This document shows positions 58,364 to 64,000 of a DNA stretch of 64,000 nt, in pieces (position 1 is the stretch's first letter; every line of letters starts with the position of its first letter). A program made the translations under genes and the position numbers. A model generated the notes under the pieces. That model was not told the origin of the DNA, ran no database searches, and saw only the letters and a list, made by a program, of their open reading frames with translations. The stretch is from an uncultured Clostridium sp. (GTDB lineage Bacteria; Bacillota; Clostridia; Ch29), in assembly GCA_964625335.1 (NCBI GenBank), contig CAZVBE010000001.1, forward strand, positions 28,463-92,462. Reading direction: 5' to 3'.

Positions 58364-59581
58364 ATGCTGAAGATTGAAGTTAAAGGTTTGACCAAGGTTT
58401 TTGGCAGAAATCCCAAACAGGCTATAAAGCTATTGGAAAAGGGAAAAACTAAAACGAATATATTAAAGGAAACAGGAATGACGGTAGGAGTGAATCGAGC
58501 ATCCTTTGAGGTACACCTGGGAGAAACCTTTGTGATTATGGGGTTATCCGGGAGTGGGAAGTCTACGCTTATCAGACTTATTAATCGTTTAATAGAGCCC
58601 AGTGCAGGCAGTGTGTTAATAGACGGCGAAGATTTAGCTAAAATGGATAAACACAAATTGAGAGAAACCAGAAGAAAAAAACTAAGTATGGTATTTCAAA
58701 AGTTTGGGCTGTTCCCCTATCGTACTATTTTAGAGAATGCCGGATACGGATTGGAAGTACAAGGAACAGATAAAAAGGAAATCCATGAAAGGGCTTTTAA
58801 AGCGTTACAAATGGTAGGCCTTAAAGGGTACGAGGATCAATACCCCAGACAATTATCGGGAGGAATGCAGCAAAGGGTAGGGCTTGCAAGGGCGTTGGCC
58901 AATGATACAGACATTCTGTTAATGGATGAAGCATTTTCAGCCCTTGACCCACTAATTCGCAAGGAAATGCAGGACGAGCTTTTGGAGCTGCAGTCATCCA
59001 TGCAAAAAACAATAATATTTATAACCCATGACCTGGACGAAGCGCTCAAAATTGGGGATAGAATTGCATTGATGAAGGATGGAGAAATTGTACAGATTGG
59101 CACTCCAGAGGAAATAATGACCAATCCTGCAGATAATTATGTTAGAAAATTTGTTCAAGATGTGGATAGATCCAAGGTATTTTCTGCGCAACACGTTATG
59201 AAGCATCCGGAAACCATTAATGTAGAGAAGCATGGGCCGCGGGTTGCGCTGCAGCGTATGAAGCAAGCCGGGATTTCAAGTATTTATGTTGTTAATAAAA
59301 ATAAAGAGCTGCTGGGAGTGGTAACTGCGGATTCTGCTTCCGAAGCAGTAAAGAATGGAAATAAAGATATTTATGATGTAATGGAAACGGATATCCCTGT
59401 GGTTAGTCCGGATTTATCGATAAATGATTTATTTAATATAATACACGATTCTCCTGTGCCTGTAGCTGTGGTTGAAGAAAAGATATTAAAGGGGATTATA
59501 GTCAGAGGTGCAGTATTGGCGGTTCTTGCCGGAAATGAGGTGGATGACCGTGACACAAATTCCTCCAATACCAATAGTTAA
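58364..59581 (+). CDS. opuAA: glycine betaine/proline ABC transporter ATP-binding protein with tandem CBS domains
   Basis: Walker A GLSGSGKST, signature LSGGMQQRV, Walker B ILLMDEAFSALD and a C-terminal CBS pair. Confidence 0.9.
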   Translation: MLKIEVKGLTKVFGRNPKQAIKLLEKGKTKTNILKETGMTVGVNRASFEVHLGETFVIMGLSGSGKSTLIRLINRLIEPSAGSVLIDGEDLAKMDKHKLRETRRKKLSMVFQKFGLFPYRTILENAGYGLEVQGTDKKEIHERAFKALQMVGLKGYEDQYPRQLSGGMQQRVGLARALANDTDILLMDEAFSALDPLIRKEMQDELLELQSSMQKTIIFITHDLDEALKIGDRIALMKDGEIVQIGTPEEIMTNPADNYVRKFVQDVDRSKVFSAQHVMKHPETINVEKHGPRVALQRMKQAGISSIYVVNKNKELLGVVTADSASEAVKNGNKDIYDVMETDIPVVSPDLSINDLFNIIHDSPVPVAVVEEKILKGIIVRGAVLAVLAGNEVDDRDTNSSNTNS

Positions 59582-60392
59582 ATGGGCTGACATAATTGTA
59601 GCATGGCTGAGAAGAAATGCTCAGTGGTTTTTTGAACCGTTAAAGAATTTACTCGATTGGGCGGTAAGCAGGTTGAGTGGGGGGTTAATGGCTGTTCCGG
59701 CGTTACTTTTTATTGCCATTATGGCAGGGTTAACTTTGCTTGTAACCAGAAAAAATTGGCGTTTATCAACATTTGTTTTATTTGGATTATTGTTAATACA
59801 AAATCTTGGATACTGGGAAGGGACCATGCTGACACTTTCATTGATTTTAACATCCAGTTTAATAGCCATACTAATAGGCATACCCCTGGGAATATGGATG
59901 TCAAGGAGCAGAGCAGCACAGGATATAGTGACACCTATATTAGACCTTATGCAGACTATGCCTGCCTTTGTTTATTTAATACCCGCCGTATCTTTCTTTG
60001 GTATAGGAATGGTGCCCGGGATTATTGCATCTGTAATATTTGCAATGCCTCCGGTTGTACGATTAACCAATCTTGGTATCCGTCAGGTTTCTGTAGAACT
60101 GATTGAAGCGGCAGATGCATTCGGGTCAACCGCTGCGCAAAAACTGTTTAAGGTACAAATCCCAATGGCTAAAAGCACTATTATGGCGGGCATTAACCAA
60201 ACCATAATGTTAGCATTGTCTATGGTAGTTATAGCTTCTATGATTGGGGCCGAAGGTCTGGGGGTTGTGGTTTTCAGGGCTGTTACAAGAAATGAAGCAG
60301 GACAAGGTTTTGCTTCCGGTTTGTCTATTGTTATATTAGCAATAATCCTGGACCGTATTACTCAGGCACTTAATGTAAATAAAGAGCATTAA
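59544..60392 (+). CDS. opuAB: glycine betaine/proline ABC transporter permease
   Basis: ATG at 59544 follows GAGGTGG. It has the EAA-like loop (IEAADAFGSTAAQKLFKVQIP) and overlaps opuAA. Confidence 0.9.
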   Translation: MTVTQIPPIPIVKWADIIVAWLRRNAQWFFEPLKNLLDWAVSRLSGGLMAVPALLFIAIMAGLTLLVTRKNWRLSTFVLFGLLLIQNLGYWEGTMLTLSLILTSSLIAILIGIPLGIWMSRSRAAQDIVTPILDLMQTMPAFVYLIPAVSFFGIGMVPGIIASVIFAMPPVVRLTNLGIRQVSVELIEAADAFGSTAAQKLFKVQIPMAKSTIMAGINQTIMLALSMVVIASMIGAEGLGVVVFRAVTRNEAGQGFASGLSIVILAIILDRITQALNVNKEH

Positions 60393-60476
60393 AGCTTTAA
60401 GGGTAGCATCTGCTGACACTATGATTTGCTGTTATTATCAACCGACTAGGATAAAAAAGAAGGAGGAAAACAAACA

Positions 60477-61385
60477 ATGGTAAGAAACAAGTGGAAAAGA
60501 CTCGCAGTAATAGTATGTGCTGTATTGGTTCTGATTGCTGTAGGCTGTAGAAATAACAATGAACAAAACCGTCCGGAAAATGAAAACGGTTATACAAATA
60601 TAGGACAACAGTTGGACTATAAGATTACCGGAATAGATGCCGGGTCAGGAGTAGTGCAAGCTGCTGAACGGGCTGTTGAAGACTATGATTTGGATTTTAC
60701 TGTACAAACCAGCTCAGGAGCTGCTATGACTCAAGCCCTTGCAGACGCAATTGAAAATGAAGAGCCGATTGTAGTTACCGGATGGTCACCCCATTGGAAA
60801 TTTGCTAAATATGACTTAAAATACCTGGATGACCCTAAGGGGTCCTTTGGCGGTGCAGAGCATATAAATACAGTTACACGCTTGGGGTTACAGGAAGATA
60901 TGCCAAATGCCCATGGTATTCTGGACAGATTTTATTGGACCTCTGACGATATGGAAACTGTTATGCTAAAGGTTAACGAGGGAGAAGATGTAAAGGAAGC
61001 TGCCAGACAATGGATTAATGATAATCAGGAAAAAGTAGAAGAATGGACAGAAGGGGCAAATCAAGTAGAAGGAGAAAAAATCAAGCTTGCTTATGTGGCC
61101 TGGGACACTGAAATAGCATCTACCAATGTTATTGGAATAGTATTGGAAGATATGGGGTATGATGTTACACTTACACAGGTAGAGGCAGGGCCAATGTGGG
61201 CTGCGGTGGCCAGTGGGGATGCAGATGCAATTGTCGCAGCATGGCTTCCGGCAACCCATGAGAAATATATGTCAGACTATAATGAACAGGTTGAAGATTT
61301 AGGTCCAAATCTTGAAGGAGCTAAGATAGGATTAGTTGTCCCTGAGTATATGGAAATTGACTCTATAGAAGACTTGGCAAATTAA
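60477..61385 (+). CDS. opuAC: glycine betaine ABC transporter substrate-binding lipoprotein
   Basis: Lipobox LIAVGC, then GWSPHWKF and AWLP motifs of OpuAC-type binding proteins. Confidence 0.85.
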   Translation: MVRNKWKRLAVIVCAVLVLIAVGCRNNNEQNRPENENGYTNIGQQLDYKITGIDAGSGVVQAAERAVEDYDLDFTVQTSSGAAMTQALADAIENEEPIVVTGWSPHWKFAKYDLKYLDDPKGSFGGAEHINTVTRLGLQEDMPNAHGILDRFYWTSDDMETVMLKVNEGEDVKEAARQWINDNQEKVEEWTEGANQVEGEKIKLAYVAWDTEIASTNVIGIVLEDMGYDVTLTQVEAGPMWAAVASGDADAIVAAWLPATHEKYMSDYNEQVEDLGPNLEGAKIGLVVPEYMEIDSIEDLAN

Positions 61386-61409
61386 TGTAAATATTTGTAA
61401 CCGGCAATG

Positions 61410-61818
61410 CCCGTCATCCGTAAGGCGGCAGAGCTTTTAAAAGATGGCAGGGCGGCAATAAAGCGGATTTAAAAAATATCTTTTCGGGGCTGTGGGTTAA
61501 ACTGGAGGAACGTCTATACAGCCCCGACCCAGGCATTCCGGACAATGTAGCGTCCATGGGGGTTTCCGGAGACGGCGGCGAATAAAACCGGCGTTTTTTT
61601 GATTCAGTTAAACCGGTACATGCTGAATATAAATTTCAGGAGGGAACCCACCGGGCAGATACCTCATTTGCAGGCTATAAGAAGATATTCTGCCGGAAGA
61701 GTTTTGCATGGTTTTTGTGGACAGCGCAAGGGCGGCCGGGGTTAAGGTACATATAATAAACAGGGATGCGGAAAACGAAGTTCCGGAATTTATGAGGAAG
61801 CTAAGCAACGAAGCATAG
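61410..61818 (+). pseudogene. decayed, 5'-truncated duplicate of the gene at 55953..56552
   Basis: CCGTCATCCGTAAGGCGGCAGAGCTTTTAAAAGATGGCAGGGCGGC is identical to 56017-56062. Similarity then continues with substitutions, internal deletions and in-frame stops (e.g. GAATAA near 61581). Confidence 0.75.
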
Positions 61819-61933
61819 ATGTTCGCAGGACAAATGGGAAACGACTGAGAGTTGATGCGCGTCCGAATAATATGGCCGTATTTATAGCATGCTACTGGTA
61901 TGCCTTGATTCGCAAACTTTTGGGAGTGTTTAT

Positions 61934-62386
61934 ATGAACAGGGAAAAATTAATATCCAGGTTGAATTGGTTCTTCAACCTGGAACTAAACCAGGTGGATT
62001 TGTATACTTCCCAGAGCAGATACAGTCATGACCCCTACGTTAAGATTGCTTTTGAACGCATCTCATATATCGAGCAACAGCATGTTGACAACATTGCGGA
62101 CAAGATTAAGGAACTCGGCGGAAAACCCAGTAAGATCGGTGATGTGCTCGCTCCCATAGCGGGCGGTGCTGCCGGTACCGTATTGTCACTTGCCGGTCTG
62201 TCAAATGTACTAAGGGCCAATATACTAATCGAAAAGAAGGCGATGAAGGACTATAAGCATTTAATTCATGGGTTAAAGAGAACATACGGCGATATTGAAC
62301 TGGTCACGTTGCTGCAGAACAACCTTTTCGATGAGGACCTGCATACCGCCTGGTTCCAGAGGGAACTTTCCAGGCTGAAGAACTAG
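61934..62386 (+). CDS. ferritin-like di-iron protein (demethoxyubiquinone-hydroxylase/COQ7-like family)
   Basis: ExxH motifs (IEQQH, DEDLH). The N-terminus LNWFFNLELNQVDLY is as recalled for this family. Confidence 0.6.
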   Translation: MNREKLISRLNWFFNLELNQVDLYTSQSRYSHDPYVKIAFERISYIEQQHVDNIADKIKELGGKPSKIGDVLAPIAGGAAGTVLSLAGLSNVLRANILIEKKAMKDYKHLIHGLKRTYGDIELVTLLQNNLFDEDLHTAWFQRELSRLKN

Positions 62387-62455
62387 CCGCACTTGTACCC
62401 AACCTCATTAACGGGCTGAAACAAGAGATGTTATGACCAGCTTTCAGGCTGCCGG

Positions 62456-63931
62456 CTATCGTGTGGGAATAGATACTCTGAATGTGCTGCCCCTACCCGG
62501 CTTGCTGTCTACATCCACGTCTCCACCGTGCAGTTCCACCAACTGCCTGGTAATGGCAAGCCCAAGACCGGGGCTTTTTTTTGCGTTACCACGGGCCTTG
62601 TCTACCTTATAGAACCGTTCCCATATTCTACCTTGTTCATCCGGCGGTATGCCGACACCCGTATCCTCTATCTCGAAAACAATTCTGTCCTTGTCGGCTG
62701 CAGGGTAAGCGCGCAGCCAGACGGTGCCTCCTTCCGGGGTATACTGGACAGCGTTCCCCAAAAGGTTAACCAATATTTGATGCATTCTGTCCCTGTCGGC
62801 AATAATGGCTGGCAGTCTTTCGCTTACCTGGAGTTTTATTGAAATATTTTTACTGTCTGCCCGGGTTGAAATGCTGTTATAACTACGTTGAGCTATCTCT
62901 TGCGCCCGCAGGTATTCCTTTTTCAGTTTAACATCCCCGCTCTCTATCGAGGACAGTTCCATCAAATCCTGTAACAAACGGTCCAAGTGCTTGCTGTTGT
63001 CCAATATCAGATGCAGGTATTTGCTCCGGTCTTCAGGAGGCAGGAGCCCATCCAGCATTAACTCCGTATAACCCTGAATAGCGCTTAAAGGTGTCCGGAA
63101 ATCATGAGAAACGTTGTCCAGTAAATTTTTGCGCAGGACAGCCAGTTTTTTCTGTTCCAGCACTGTTTTTTCAATTTCTGCTGCGGCGTAGTTAAATGCG
63201 CTGGTAATCTGTCCGATTTCGTCATCGCGCTCTACGTGAATACGGCTTTTAAAATTACCTGCAGCCAGCTCTCTGGCAGATTTATTAATCGCCCGCAAGG
63301 GCTGGGCAATTTTCCGGGATAGTGAGAAAGCGATAAAGCCTGCAATAAAGGTGGCGCCTAATCCGGATAAAAGAATCAGCTTGCTCAGGTTGGCAATAGT
63401 ATCTTCTATTCCTTTCAGAGGGGCATCCAGAGTAATGATACCAATTATTTCTTCCGGGTTTTCCTCTTCATCAACCATCTTCGGGATAGGAAGGGGCATT
63501 GCCACCAACAGGCGCTTGGCCCCCGGGCCAAAGGCTTTTTTGGTAAGGGCGTTCCCCTTAAATACTTGCTCCAGCTCCTGTTCCTCAAAATTCAGACCTT
63601 CTACCGTGGGATTATCTCCCCCTTCAGGCAAAGCCCTGGCAACGACCTCTCCATTGATATCCAATACTTTAATCTTCATATCCAGGGACTTGGCAAGGGG
63701 TGCCACAACGTCAGGTATTATTTCCGGGGTATTGTCCCCCAGGGAATCCTGGATTAAGTTGGCTACAGTTTCAGCCTGCTGTTTGATTTCAAACTCTCTC
63801 ATGCCGTAAAAGTATTTTTCCACAAGGTAAGATAGCAATGCCCCTACGGCTATCAGAGTGATCAGGATTACAATAAGGAAGTTGGTCAAAAGCTTGCCAA
63901 AGATGCTCCTGGGCTGGAAAAAATACTTCAT
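62456..63931 (-). CDS. sensor histidine kinase (2 TM, HAMP, HisKA, HATPase_c)
   Basis: H-box SHDFRTPL, N-box LLGNAVQYT, G-boxes DTGVGIP and GLGLAI. Confidence 0.9.
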   Translation of the reverse strand: MKYFFQPRSIFGKLLTNFLIVILITLIAVGALLSYLVEKYFYGMREFEIKQQAETVANLIQDSLGDNTPEIIPDVVAPLAKSLDMKIKVLDINGEVVARALPEGGDNPTVEGLNFEEQELEQVFKGNALTKKAFGPGAKRLLVAMPLPIPKMVDEEENPEEIIGIITLDAPLKGIEDTIANLSKLILLSGLGATFIAGFIAFSLSRKIAQPLRAINKSARELAAGNFKSRIHVERDDEIGQITSAFNYAAAEIEKTVLEQKKLAVLRKNLLDNVSHDFRTPLSAIQGYTELMLDGLLPPEDRSKYLHLILDNSKHLDRLLQDLMELSSIESGDVKLKKEYLRAQEIAQRSYNSISTRADSKNISIKLQVSERLPAIIADRDRMHQILVNLLGNAVQYTPEGGTVWLRAYPAADKDRIVFEIEDTGVGIPPDEQGRIWERFYKVDKARGNAKKSPGLGLAITRQLVELHGGDVDVDSKPGRGSTFRVSIPTR

Positions 63932-64000
63932 TTTGGCCTCACCTCAAACTTGTATCCTATGCCCCATACTGTCTGAATATATTGAAACTGGCCGGTATCG
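63928..64000 (-). CDS. OmpR-family response regulator, 3' end only (continues beyond the window)
   Basis: The reverse strand reads ...TGQFQYIQTVWGIGYKFEVRPK*. The stop overlaps the kinase ATG (ATGA). Confidence 0.75.
   Translation of the reverse strand, partial: DTGQFQYIQTVWGIGYKFEVRPK

Overview
This 64-kb chromosomal window looks like a spore-forming, selenium-utilising Clostridia-class Firmicute. Hand counts of sample lines give about 50-57% G+C for core genes. Most of the window is ordinary, well-ordered housekeeping DNA. In order it holds: an M23 peptidase and a SpoIVFB-like site-2 protease; a radical-SAM pair; RNase G; rplU-prp-rpmA-obg; a threonine dehydratase; nadD-yqeK-LCP-rsfS; a T-box leader and leuS; YheO and RidA; a DD-carboxypeptidase; and comEA. 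A selenium cluster follows: selD with an in-frame UGA (Sec), an AGCS symporter, selA, selB, panB and tRNA-Sec. After that come a PP2C phosphatase, an S8-protease operon, an FtsH paralog, an ECF sigma/anti-sigma module, a 5xLysM protein, a sigma-54 activator with a transporter plus 2-oxoacid:ferredoxin oxidoreductase operon, a zinc-ribbon gene cluster, opuA and a two-component system. The stand-out is a ~6.4-kb AT-rich insertion (about one-third G+C) at ~37.55-43.93 kb. It has no integrase, transposase or flanking tRNA and carries two compact defence-type modules. Module (i) is a translationally coupled three-gene operon: a PD-(D/E)xK-like protein (sce7726-like), an sce7725-like protein, and a Zn-ribbon + RES (NADase-type) effector. 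I know of no experimentally described function for this combination. Module (ii) is a NERD/SF1-helicase with an overlapping small partner, resembling the helicase+DUF2290 type. Secondary observations: an unusual hairpin-repeat array upstream of the ECF sigma gene; a decayed duplicate of one gene bracketing the zinc-ribbon/opuA block; a probable frameshift or overlap in a zinc-ribbon gene; and a terminator-like hairpin in the opuA leader. All family assignments come from motifs read in the translations and from memory. No searches were run.
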